DNA of 64,000 bases from Promethearchaeota archaeon (GCA_029838195.1 JALGVJ010000005.1:32001-96000); one strand, 5' to 3'. Positions 30,911 to 40,936 are shown, numbered from the stretch's first letter. The notes: generated by a model from the sequence alone, not told the origin. A program made the numbers and translations.

Positions 30911-31882
30911 GTGAAAAGTATTTCTAGTTGGAAAGAAGTAAAATCAGTTAAAAAAGAAGGATTCCAAATAGAAACAAATTCAACCTGTTCCGAATGTGGG
31001 GAAAATATTTTTTATGATGATAATCGTGGATTAATCGTATGCGAAAATTGTGGATTAGTTCATTCAGAAAAAAATATAGATAATGGACCCGAATGGCGAG
31101 CATTTGATGCTGATCAAAAAAAAAAAAGAACCCGTACGGGTGCACCCATGAGTTACATGATCCATGATAAAGGATTAAGTACAATAATCGATTGGAAAAA
31201 TAAGGATATTTTTGGGAAAGAGATACCCGCACGTGCCCGTGGTCAAATATATAGGCTTCGCAAGTGGCAAAGTCGCATTCGGGTTTCTGATGCTATTGAA
31301 AGAAATTTGACTTTTGCTTTATTTGAACTGGATAGAATGGGGTCAAGTTTAGAACTCCAAAAAAATTTGCGCGAATGTGCTGCAAAAATATATCGAGATG
31401 CCGTTGATAAACATCTCATCCGTGGAAGGAGTATTGAGGGGGTCGCAGCAGCCAGCCTTTATGCTGCATGCCGTTTATATAAAGTTCCAAGAACATTAAA
31501 TGAAATTGCAGAAGTCGCACGAGTCGACAAAAAAGAAATTGGTCGGGCTTTCCGATTTATCTCAAAAGAACTGAATTTAAATTTAAATCCTACAAAACCA
31601 ATAGATTTTCTCAATAGATTTGTTTCTGAGCTTGGACTTTCCTCGAAATGCCAAAAAACTGCGAAAAAAATCTTAAAATTGGCAGAAATGAGTTCTTTAA
31701 CCTCAGGAAGAGGCCCCACAGGAGTTTGTGCTGCTGCAATTTATTGTAGCACGATCCTTTGTAATGAAAGACGAACCCAAAGAAGGATTGCCCAGATTTC
31801 TCAATGTACAGAGGTAACTGTAAGAAATAGATTTGCGGAATTGGTTGAAAATCTTAATTTAGGGATTCCCCTTAAAAAATAA
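30911..31882 (+). CDS. tfb: Transcription initiation factor TFB
   Basis: Zn ribbon, GPEWRAF, HDKGLST and cyclin repeats. Confidence 0.97.
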   Translation: MKSISSWKEVKSVKKEGFQIETNSTCSECGENIFYDDNRGLIVCENCGLVHSEKNIDNGPEWRAFDADQKKKRTRTGAPMSYMIHDKGLSTIIDWKNKDIFGKEIPARARGQIYRLRKWQSRIRVSDAIERNLTFALFELDRMGSSLELQKNLRECAAKIYRDAVDKHLIRGRSIEGVAAASLYAACRLYKVPRTLNEIAEVARVDKKEIGRAFRFISKELNLNLNPTKPIDFLNRFVSELGLSSKCQKTAKKILKLAEMSSLTSGRGPTGVCAAAIYCSTILCNERRTQRRIAQISQCTEVTVRNRFAELVENLNLGIPLKK

Positions 31883-32143
31883 CCCGCATTAGAGAATCAA
31901 TATTTAATTTACCTTATTTTTTTTTATTCTCATTCTTAAGATTTGCGCAAAATTAGAAAAACATGGATTTTTATCATGAATTTAGTCATAATATTTAACC
32001 CATACTTTCAATTCGAAAAAAAAGATACGAGATAAAGGGTCCAATATCACTCACACTATGATAATATCAAGATAATACTCTAATTTAAGATAAAAATCAC
32101 TTTCAGATTATTTACACCTCTCAATAATTTATCATGGAGGAAA

Positions 32144-32485
32144 GTGATGGTAGATAGAATCATCAAGCAATCAGAAGTAGATTCTTTTTTGATTCGGATT
32201 AAAAATATTTTTCCAAATTGTATTGCAGGCATTATATGTGACCATCATGGGTTTCCTATTTCTTCGCAAATTGCTGATAAAGTGAACATGAAAGAAAATG
32301 AATTAGCCTTATTAGCAATTTCAAATAGGATTTCTTTAAATAAAAAATTGAAAATAAGTAAAATCAAGTTAGATTTAGATGAGGAAAAAAAAATTAAATT
32401 ATTATTGTTAATAGAAGGTACGAATAAGAACCTCTGTGGAATAGCGGATCTTCGAAACATTGTAAAAAATCAGTTAATTTTTTAA
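32144..32485 (+). CDS. Roadblock/LC7-like protein
   Basis: AGIICDHHGFPISS motif. Confidence 0.6.
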   Translation: MMVDRIIKQSEVDSFLIRIKNIFPNCIAGIICDHHGFPISSQIADKVNMKENELALLAISNRISLNKKLKISKIKLDLDEEKKIKLLLLIEGTNKNLCGIADLRNIVKNQLIF

Positions 32486-32648
32486 ATTTTTCGAAACAAG
32501 CAAATTTTTTTATGAATTTTTTTTTTTTTAATAATAGAGTATAAGAATATTAATGCTTTTTTAAAAATTTTTTTACGAGAAGTAATCGAGAGTCGAACGA
32601 GTGAATCTCGAACCAATTAATAAAACAACTATAAAAGGAGCTTGATAA

Positions 32649-33125
32649 ATGGATTCTTCACGAGATTTTCATGAAGATGAGAAGGAATTAAAAGAAATTT
32701 TACGCACGATCGTTAATAGCACGGCCGGCATTAAATATTCCTTGATTATTGATGATACAGGATTAACCCTCTTAAGTCATTCAAAATTTAATTTGACTAA
32801 TGATGAGATGATTTCTGTGGAAAAAATTGGAGCAATAGGGGGCGCCGTGTTCATTGCAGGAGAAGAGCAAGGAGAGGTTTTAGGGTATGGTCATATCAAC
32901 ATGCAGATTACTGAATATAATAAAGGGATGATATTTTCAGTAAAAGCTGGAAAAGGCATTCTCTGCCTTGCTACGGATAAGAACGTGAACATTGGATATG
33001 TTAGGGCGATTACTAAAAAATTTGCTCCAAAAATAAAAAAAGTACTTGAAACTTATTTAGAAGAGGACAGTTCTAAAGGGAATAAATTAAAAGAATTATT
33101 AGATTCAGATTCTATTTTGATTTGA
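32649..33125 (+). CDS. Roadblock/LC7 domain protein
   Basis: SLIIDDTGL, IGAIGGAVF, EYNKGMIF and VNIGYVR motifs. Confidence 0.85.
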   Translation: MDSSRDFHEDEKELKEILRTIVNSTAGIKYSLIIDDTGLTLLSHSKFNLTNDEMISVEKIGAIGGAVFIAGEEQGEVLGYGHINMQITEYNKGMIFSVKAGKGILCLATDKNVNIGYVRAITKKFAPKIKKVLETYLEEDSSKGNKLKELLDSDSILI

Positions 33126-33533
33126 ACTGATTCTATAAAAAGAGGAGCATGCTGTCGCCTAACACACTAACTCTCCCTCTCACTTCTTGGAATTCTCCAA
33201 AAAATCAATAGAGCTCTCTCATGTGAGGCAGTTAATTCATGCTCTAAGGGGACTTAATCATGTATACTGCTTCATGCTGTCTTAGACCCCATCGCTCGGA
33301 ATTTACCTTAAGCTTGGGTTAAATGCCCATTTCGAGCAGTAAAGTATTGATTAAAAACTCCGGATGTATGCATTTTTTTGCTCTCATAATCATCCTCTTT
33401 CATATGAGTCCTCGAAAATGCAAATTTTCCATCATTATTTCCCCAATAAAATATAATGACCGTTAAATAAAAAAATTATTCCCTTAAAATTTGAAAAAAA
33501 TGTGAACTCTTCAAAAAAAGGTAAGAGATCTCA

Positions 33534-34000
33534 TTAACTCGGTTTCTTCTTTTTTGAACGTCTTGAAAAATAAAATTTGAAATAAAAAAACAATCCAAGA
33601 TAGACGCAGAACTCCGAACCCATGTACAGTGTATTTTTAACTATTTTTAAATGATCTTGAGGAACATTTTCGGGATTCATCATCGTTAAAAATACTTTTT
33701 TATAGTCGGCATTTGATACAATCCAATGAGCCATGAAAGTTTCGTCATTCACGGTCCTTAGTCCAAGTGCTTTATAATTTTTTACTATAATTTCATATAC
33801 ACCGGTATTAAGTTTCAGGGTTCCACCATATTCTTGAAATTTATTATTAAGCAGATCACTAATCCCATGAATACCACAGGATGGATTCCAAATTCCTTTC
33901 ACTGACACCACATTCCACATGAACGCTAAATGCAGCATTGACATTATGGGTGATTGGGTGCCTTGAGATCCTAAAAGCCTTTTTAAAGAATCATAATCAT
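33534..34000 (-). pseudogene. Internal fragment of a phytoene-desaturase-like FAD oxidoreductase
   Basis: PSCGIHGISDLL...GG, IVSNAD and FCVYLG; lacks both the N-terminal Rossmann motif and the C-terminus. Confidence 0.7.
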
Positions 34001-34029
34001 CGTAATTCTCTTTCTGGATTTAAATCCAC

Positions 34030-34245
34030 TCACATGAAGATTTCTTCAATTTGATCCAAGGTAATTAATTTTTCTTCTACTAGTTGTCTAATGAACTTAT
34101 AGGCAGCACATTCATATTCCTTTTCCCAGTATTCTTGGTCTTCTTTATAAAAATTGCATTTATGACAGACGCGATTAATTAATTGTTTATTTAACGGAGA
34201 GATGTCATTTTCTGTTCTTAAATAGACATGTTTTTTTTCCACCAT
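34030..34245 (-). CDS. Small Cys-containing hypothetical protein
   Basis: VCHKCNFY...ECAAY; AGGTGA upstream; directly downstream of the radical SAM gene. Confidence 0.7.
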   Translation of the reverse strand: MVEKKHVYLRTENDISPLNKQLINRVCHKCNFYKEDQEYWEKEYECAAYKFIRQLVEEKLITLDQIEEIFM

Positions 34246-34286
34246 TTATTTTTCTCACCTTTTTTTCATTATTAAGTTCTTTTAAA

Positions 34287-35569
34287 TTAAGGATTTTTTT
34301 CGTTTTTAGGAAGACGTCCATATCGATAACACATGTAAATATCCTCCCCTAACACGTCGCCTGTTTCAACATAAGCTCGATATCTACATCCACCTCTACA
34401 TTGATTTAAAAACTCACAATTAATTTCAAAACATTTCAGATCTTTAATATTCCAATTTAATCTTTCTTGTATTTTCCTCCAGCTCTGTTTTACCCCTAAT
34501 TCAAACACGTTTCCTAAATCATTTTCACTGAAGAATCCACATTTCGAAATATTCCCTAAAACATCTATAGCCATGATATTTGGCCCACATGCTAAATCCT
34601 TAAAGGAGGTTTCTGACTCGTAAAAAACACCCCATCCATAAGACTTTAAGACTTCTGCTCCTTTTTTACCGGAAATTGCATATTTTTCACGAATGTCTTT
34701 CGGAATGGATTCGTCATAGGTGGGGATGTCTAATATCCAATTTTTAATAGGCCCTAAATTTTTAATGAATTGTTTAAGGGCATTAAATTCATTTACATTG
34801 CGAGCATGAATCATGGTATTTATGGTAACATGAATATCGTGGTGTAATAAAAGTTTAATTCCTTCAATAGTATCTTGGAAACATTTAACATTTCTAAATT
34901 CATCATGCGTATCTTTTAATCCATCTAAGCTTACAAAGACTTCAAAATAATTTTCCTTCAGTAGAGGTAATAGTTCTTTTTTTTGTTTAATTAATGTACC
35001 GTTCGTTAACAAAACTTTTTGTAAAGGAACTTTTTTGAGAAATAGAAGTAATTGTTTCAAGTTTCCATATAAAAATGGTTCTCCTCCCGTCAGAATTATT
35101 CTTAACCCGTGTAATTCATAAAAATCCCTAATTAATTTTATTAAATCTTCTATTGCTATATCTTGTTGCTTCTTATTCGTGAGATAACAATGCTTGCATT
35201 GCAAATTACATTTCTCGGTGATATTAATCATTAATTTCGTTAGATATGGTTCTTTAAAAATATTCTTTTCCGGTAAATTAAGATGCTCCTTTGATACCAT
35301 GGCCTCGTTAGTCATGGGAAAAGGGGAGGATTGAATGATACCAAGTTCTATGAAATTCTTGAATGCATCTTGAATTTCTTTTCTTTTTTCGGGAAGATAT
35401 TCATCCAATATTTCCTGAAAAGTTTTTTTCCCTCAATTTTTTTTAAAATTGCAAAAGCTTCTTCATCAATAAGATAGGATTCATCATTTTTTAAATCAAA
35501 AAGGTTGATTTCTTGGTATTTTCTAAGCGTGATGTGGTGTGGAAGATATGGATATAGATTAAGATTCAT
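34287..35569 (-). CDS. PqqD/RRE + radical SAM + SPASM protein, split by a -1 frameshift in an A7 run
   Basis: ORFs 35348-35569 and 34287-35408 join at GGA AAA AAA C(TT) to read IDEEAFAILKKIEGKKTFQEILDEY...FIELGII. Has CNLQCKHC and SPASM motif C...C..NCEFLNQCRGGC. Confidence 0.8.
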
Positions 35570-35946
35570 TGATTAAACATAAAAATGCCATGTATAAAAA
35601 GATTCAGCTGATAAATAAAAAACTTATTAAAAAAGATGATTTCATCATGTAAATTCTAGAATTTCTTATTAAAATTCAATTTTCGGGATTGCCGAGTCAT
35701 TAAAATAAAAAAAAGAGTAAGAAAGATTTGACTGCGGGTATAGATTTCTTCCCTATTAAGATTAACCGAGAATATATGGCTTTAATTGCTTTCATTGAGT
35801 TAAAGAAGAATCTTTGCTTGTCTTTATTTGATAAAAATGTTAAGCTCGGAAAATTCGATAAAATTAAAAACTTTTAATACATCCTTTTTTTATTAATTTT
35901 TTAATTATTAAAATTCTATTAAAATATTAATGGACATGCGAAGCTC

Positions 35947-36726
35947 ATGAGTGAACAGGATAATGGTATTGAAAAGAGAGATAATAAACGCTCTCAAATG
36001 AAAATCAATATTATTTTACTACTTTTTCTCGGTCTCATCATAATTGTCACTATTCTATCGGCTCTTTATAAAAATATCGGAGAATTCTTTAACTTGACAA
36101 ATTGGTTTGACTCTGAAACTCTTGAAGCCATACCAATTTATAGTGCTATAGGATTTACGGTACTTGTCTGCTTCATAGGAGCGATTATACCCATTCCGAT
36201 CCCTTATCCTCTTCCCATTACTGCCTTTACAGCTACTTGGTTGAATTCTAATGAGAATGCATGGTTCTTAATTACCCTATTAGTATTATTTGCCGCACTC
36301 TCCAATACATTAGGAGACATGTTAGATTGGTTTATAGGTCGAGGCGCTCAAGGATTGTTGAGTAAAGAATCCCCTGAATTACAAAATCCATGGAGTCAAT
36401 TGATTCTAAGAAAACCTAAGATTATTCCCCCCATAATTTTATTATTTGGTGCGACTCCTCTTCCCGAATCGATTCTCTTTACTACTTTGGGGTTTTTGAA
36501 ATATAATAAAAAAAAAGTATTAATATATTGTTTTATCGGAAAAATTATCATGATGGTATCTTTTGCTCTTTTAGGAATTGTGTCTTTAGGGTTCTTATCC
36601 CTTTTTTCCGAAGAATCTAGCCCCAATGGTTGGATAAGCGGCATTATCACGCTTTATATTCTCTGGGGAATCATCGTATTAATGGTGAAATTCAAACCTA
36701 AATTGAAAGAAGAAAAGGAGGGGTAG
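35947..36726 (+). CDS. VTT/DedA-like membrane protein
   Basis: Multiple TM segments; LGDMLDWFIGRG, ATPLPE and IGKI motifs. Confidence 0.75.
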   Translation: MSEQDNGIEKRDNKRSQMKINIILLLFLGLIIIVTILSALYKNIGEFFNLTNWFDSETLEAIPIYSAIGFTVLVCFIGAIIPIPIPYPLPITAFTATWLNSNENAWFLITLLVLFAALSNTLGDMLDWFIGRGAQGLLSKESPELQNPWSQLILRKPKIIPPIILLFGATPLPESILFTTLGFLKYNKKKVLIYCFIGKIIMMVSFALLGIVSLGFLSLFSEESSPNGWISGIITLYILWGIIVLMVKFKPKLKEEKEG

Positions 36727-36860
36727 AAATACTTTCTTTTTAAATTATTATTTATTAAAATGTTGACACCATGTCTCCTTTTTTTTAATTTTAAAATATA
36801 ATCTTAAAATTTTATTTAAATCACCCCATTAATTGCATAAAGAATAAACTTTTCTGAAAA

Positions 36861-37211
36861 ATGAGATTAACTGAAGATGCTATAAAAGTCATTCAAGAAC
36901 AGCACGAAGAAATCTTAAAAGAGGATGAATCGAACACCCCTGCTCTCTTAATATATCAATATTACACGAGATCATGATCCAGAACGTCTTGCACCATCGT
37001 GGTTCGACTATTTCCAAAGAGCCAAATCTTGGCCCATGAAGATAAAATAAAAAAATGGACTGAAATAGAAGTAGGTGATAAAAAAATCGAAGTTTTCTTA
37101 GAAAAAACTCTTCTCGGTGAATTAAAAAACCCTGAAGATTTCATCCTCGATGGTCAGATCTGGAAAATGGTCAAATGGAGTCGAAGTTATTTATTCTTGA
37201 AAAATAAATAA
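36861..37211 (+). CDS. Candidate selenoprotein (116 aa, UGA at codon 39), weakly HesB-like
   Basis: The ATG at 36861 is in frame with ORF 36999-37211 and there is a single TGA at 36975-36977 (YYTRS-U-SRTSC). A SECIS-like hairpin follows the stop. Confidence 0.7.
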
Positions 37212-37220
37212 AAATAGAAA

Positions 37221-37262
37221 AAAGATGACCTAATCTTAAAAAACCTAGAAGATTAGTGATTT
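37221..37262 (+). promoter_or_regulatory. Eukaryote-type SECIS element candidate
   Basis: ATGAC-CTAATCTT-AAAAAACCTAG-AAGATTAG-TGAT: an AUGA/GA non-Watson-Crick quartet, a perfect 8-bp helix and an A-rich apical loop. Confidence 0.65.
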
Positions 37263-37344
37263 ACGGCTGCAACCGTTTTTCCTCATTCCTTTTTTTTCTC
37301 GTGCTTTTTCATTGCCCATTGAACTCTCTCATCTCTTTAAAATG

Positions 37345-37533
37345 CTATTTTCCTACCATGGAACCTAAATCATTTTTTTTCATTGATACCTCTACTTTTT
37401 CCAATCTATCTAACGCTTCAATAATGTGCTCACTTGATAAATAACAAGGAAAATGTTTCTTCAATGCTGATTTATCATTATTTTTTAGATATTCGGTAAT
37501 TTGATCCCAAATTTCCTCTTCTGATCTTTTCAT
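37345..37533 (-). CDS. Small hypothetical protein
   Basis: 62-aa ORF with plausible helical composition. Confidence 0.5.
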   Translation of the reverse strand: MKRSEEEIWDQITEYLKNNDKSALKKHFPCYLSSEHIIEALDRLEKVEVSMKKNDLGSMVGK

Positions 37534-37745
37534 GGTCTTTTTAGAGGTTTAATTATTTTATTTTCCACTAAACTCATTACATGTGTAAATCTTATAAACT
37601 ACTAAATTTCTTCCGATCAACTTTTTTAGTCTTTCTTTAATCTCGTAATTTTCTAAAGAATTTTTAATTAAATCAATCCCAGCTTTTTCATATTTTCATT
37701 TCATCTTTTTTTTACATGAATTTGTCGTGCTTAACTTTTCTAAAA

Positions 37746-38042
37746 TCATTTTTGAAAAAGAAGATCAATATCATTTCTTTTCGTTTTCTTCTTTATGAAT
37801 AAATCATACAAACCAATATACCAGCACAAAACATCATGCGGTGTTTGGGAAAAGAAAATTTTCTCCGCCACCTTGCTTATCAGGTCGTCAGAAGGATGTG
37901 TGAAATTTTGCTCCACATATAATTGACGCTCTGCTAATAACCAACATAATATGTCGTAAGGATGTTTCTTTTCCCATATATAATACGCTGCAACGCTAAT
38001 CTCCTCATCGGAAATGTCATGCTTTAACTTCATTTCTCGCAC
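37746..38042 (-). CDS. Small protein with a duplicated DUF2934-like motif
   Basis: SDEEISVAAYYIWEK..YDILCW.LAE and SDDLISKVAEKIF...HDVLCW. Confidence 0.7.
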   Translation of the reverse strand: MREMKLKHDISDEEISVAAYYIWEKKHPYDILCWLLAERQLYVEQNFTHPSDDLISKVAEKIFFSQTPHDVLCWYIGLYDLFIKKKTKRNDIDLLFQK

Positions 38043-38227
38043 CCCACCCCTTGCCTTTTTTTAATAATCTTCATTTTTACATAATTCCATGTCTTAATAA
38101 TTTATCTCTCTAATAAAAGGGATACAACACGAAATATATATTTTTATTTATTTTGAATGTTTTAAGAACAAATGAAATAAATTAAAATTCGATAATTTCA
38201 TTATTTTAGTTAAAAAAATGGTCGTCA

Positions 38228-38440
38228 ATGATAATCATGGATGATAAAGTAGAGGAGAAAGACCTTGTAGATAATAAAAACTTAAATAAAAAAAATCAAG
38301 TTCCAAAGGAATGCGATCACGATTTTATTCATGAGGATTTATCCCAGATTTTTATTACTTTTAATAGCTCGAACGAATATGATTATCTCTTTCAGTCAAG
38401 GAATGCAATGTTTATTCTGAACATGATTAAACTTGTTTGA
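38228..38440 (+). CDS. Hypothetical protein
   Basis: ORF only; no recognisable motif. Confidence 0.3.
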   Translation: MIIMDDKVEEKDLVDNKNLNKKNQVPKECDHDFIHEDLSQIFITFNSSNEYDYLFQSRNAMFILNMIKLV

Positions 38441-38614
38441 ATGAAAGAACTTCCCTCATATCAACATTAAACCTTTTTAAAATATTATTAGACCAAAATC
38501 ATTTCTAATTTAAAGAAAGTAAGTATTTCTTTACTTTTATTCAAGATAAAAATATGAAAAAAAGAGAGTTTTAATTATTATTAGAAAAAAAATAGAAGAT
38601 TAGCCAGGTTTTTC

Positions 38615-38722
38615 TTAGCACGCATCTCCTCCACACTTACAGGAGAGACTAATGCATGCATCTCCACCGCATTTACAGCTTACGGCTTCAATCTTTTTCT
38701 TTTCTTTTTTTACGATTTTCAT
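38615..38722 (-). CDS. 35-aa Cys-rich peptide with a duplicated SCKCGGDAC core (candidate RiPP precursor or metal-binding peptide)
   Basis: MKIVKKEKKKIEAVSCKCGGDACISLSCKCGGDAC*; the two repeats differ only by synonymous codon changes. Confidence 0.85.
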   Translation of the reverse strand: MKIVKKEKKKIEAVSCKCGGDACISLSCKCGGDAC

Positions 38723-38949
38723 TTTTTTTACCTTTTTTAGTTTTGTTTTAAATTTATTAGAACAAATTAATTGAATTTGTTATACTAACTGATTAGGTAA
38801 TATATAAATTCATTGGTTATAGAGGGTAGTATGAGTGTTTTACAAAATGGTGTGAATTAATGGGTTTGTTATAAAAAGGATTTAAGGAGTATGAGGGATT
38901 TCAAGAATAATATGAATGCAAGTAAAAAGGGGGTGAAAGATCCGATGGA

Positions 38950-39717
38950 TTAAGGTGGGGAGGATTTTTTAAAGGATTGGAATAATTCTTCGATTTGTTC
39001 ATAGGAGCCTAGAAGATTTTTAATTTTGGGGTTGCTTAATCCTTTGATGGCATCGCCTTCATAGAATTTTTTACCATCTTTTAAGATAAAGACTTTTTGA
39101 GCCCATTTTTCGACAAAAAAAAGGTGGTGGGTCGTGAATAAGATGGTCATTTTTTCTTGAGTGCGCAAGGTTTCGATAATTTTGATGTGATTATGAATGG
39201 ATTGAAAATCTAGATTAGCAAACGGTTCATCGAGGATGAGCAATTTAGGCTTAAGCACGAGCAAGCCAGCGAGGGCGGCTCTTTTTTTTTGCCCCCAAGA
39301 GAGATTAAAGGGGGATTCATTTTTATAGTGTAAGAGATTTACGGCTTTTAAAGCCCATTCCGTGCGTTTTTGGACCTCCTCTTCGGGTAATTTTAGATTT
39401 CGCGCGCCAAATGCCACGTCTTCGGCGATAGTAGGGGCGAAGAGTTGGTCATCGGGGTTTTGGAATAAGAATCCGATTTGTTGGCGTATTTTCCAGAGTT
39501 GTTTTCGATTTCTTGTTAAAGTTTTTCCAAATATCTTAATGGTCCCGGATTTAGGTTTTAATAATCCGACCATGAGTCGAAGTAAAGTAGATTTTCCGGC
39601 ACCATTATTTCCGAGTAGGGCATAAATTGATTCTTGTTCGATTTGCAAGCTGATATTTTCAAGAGAAAATCCTGAGTTATATTTAAAACTAAGGTTTTCA
39701 ATTTCTACTGCAAGAAT
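38950..39717 (-). CDS. cbiO: ECF Co/Ni transporter ATPase
   Basis: GNNGAGKST, FQNPDDQL, LSWGQKKR and DEP motifs. The frame extends upstream of the track start (ILAVEIENLSFKY); the true start is uncertain. Confidence 0.88.
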   Translation of the reverse strand: MLAVEIENLSFKYNSGFSLENISLQIEQESIYALLGNNGAGKSTLLRLMVGLLKPKSGTIKIFGKTLTRNRKQLWKIRQQIGFLFQNPDDQLFAPTIAEDVAFGARNLKLPEEEVQKRTEWALKAVNLLHYKNESPFNLSWGQKKRAALAGLLVLKPKLLILDEPFANLDFQSIHNHIKIIETLRTQEKMTILFTTHHLFFVEKWAQKVFILKDGKKFYEGDAIKGLSNPKIKNLLGSYEQIEELFQSFKKSSPP

Positions 39718-40511
39718 AGGGCATAAACCTCCTGATAGAATGCTTTCAAGTCAAGGAAAAAAAGAAAAGAGATCACGAGGAGAAGGAATCCTAATAACGT
39801 TAATGCGTCCCAAATTTTCAATTTTTTTTTAGAAAAGGTGATTTCACCGGAAAAGCCCCGCATTTTAAGGCTTTCATAAAGACGCTCGCTACGGTCCATG
39901 TTGATGATAATGCTTTTTGCCATAATATAAGCGTGGGTTTTCAATTTTGACCAATACGATGTAATTTTTTTCCCCCGTAATTCTTGAGCCTCGAGAATTT
40001 TTTTATTAGAATCAGCCAATATGGGGAGATAATGAAGCATGATCACGAGGCTTCCAATGAAGAAAGAAGGAATGACTTTAGCCTTGGTGAGAGCTTCGAT
40101 AAATTCCGAATAGGTGAGAGAAGACATAAACGCCATGAAAATGAAAATCGCCCCAAAAATCCTCAAGAAGAGAAGGAGTGCTAAGATGATTCCTTCTTGA
40201 TAAATGATAAGGGTGATGCCGAAGAAAAGGCGATACGCAACTGTATTCCCTATATAGAGGGGAAGAAAAATGGTGATGAGCAGGATGAAAGGGAGAACTT
40301 TTAAGATCCGCTTTAAGATTCTACTTAATTTTAATTTAGCGATTATGGAAATTAGAAAAGTAGAGAGAATTAGGGTGAAAATGAGAAAAATGTCATTTAC
40401 AAGTAAAAAAGGCACTACAAAAATAAACGGTAAAAGGAACCGGATTAGAGGATGAATTGTAGACAAAATTGTGGATTCGTGCTCATGTCTGAAGGGTAAT
40501 ACCGAGTCCAT
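39705..40511 (-). CDS. cbiQ: ECF transporter T component
   Basis: Multiple TM segments; AQELRG and SLKMRG motifs. Confidence 0.88.
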   Translation of the reverse strand: MDSVLPFRHEHESTILSTIHPLIRFLLPFIFVVPFLLVNDIFLIFTLILSTFLISIIAKLKLSRILKRILKVLPFILLITIFLPLYIGNTVAYRLFFGITLIIYQEGIILALLLFLRIFGAIFIFMAFMSSLTYSEFIEALTKAKVIPSFFIGSLVIMLHYLPILADSNKKILEAQELRGKKITSYWSKLKTHAYIMAKSIIINMDRSERLYESLKMRGFSGEITFSKKKLKIWDALTLLGFLLLVISFLFFLDLKAFYQEVYALFLQ

Positions 40512-40936
40512 TTTCTTTCTATTTTTTTGTTTTTTTATGCAGACCTTAATTTCAAGATGAAAAAATTTAGAATGCTTAAAAAGAATTTATTTATAAAAAA
40601 TTTGCGAGATTTCGGATCATACTTGATAAATTATATTTTTAAAACTTGAACCAGCTTTAATTTCAATAAGGCAGAATTATAATCTCATATAACGATTCAA
40701 AATGGCTTTCTTTAAAAATTGATTTCGGATTACCATATTTCTTTAGATTTAGGTTTTTTTTTAGCTAATTAAGGAAATTTAATTCATTATTTAACCTTTT
40801 TTAATTATTTTATTGCTCTTCATACTTGGTTATAATATAGTAATACTTTTAAATAATTTATAATTTATAATTTATAATACTAACTTTCAAAATAGTAATA
40901 TCTTAAAAATAAAATATAAAAATAAATGATAAAAAA

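Noticed and set aside
40830-40905. ATAATTT tandem repeats and TAGTAATA direct repeats before cbiM, considered as a NikR operator or riboswitch
   Set aside because: No convincing palindrome or cobalamin riboswitch core; the pattern is expected by chance in very AT-rich DNA.
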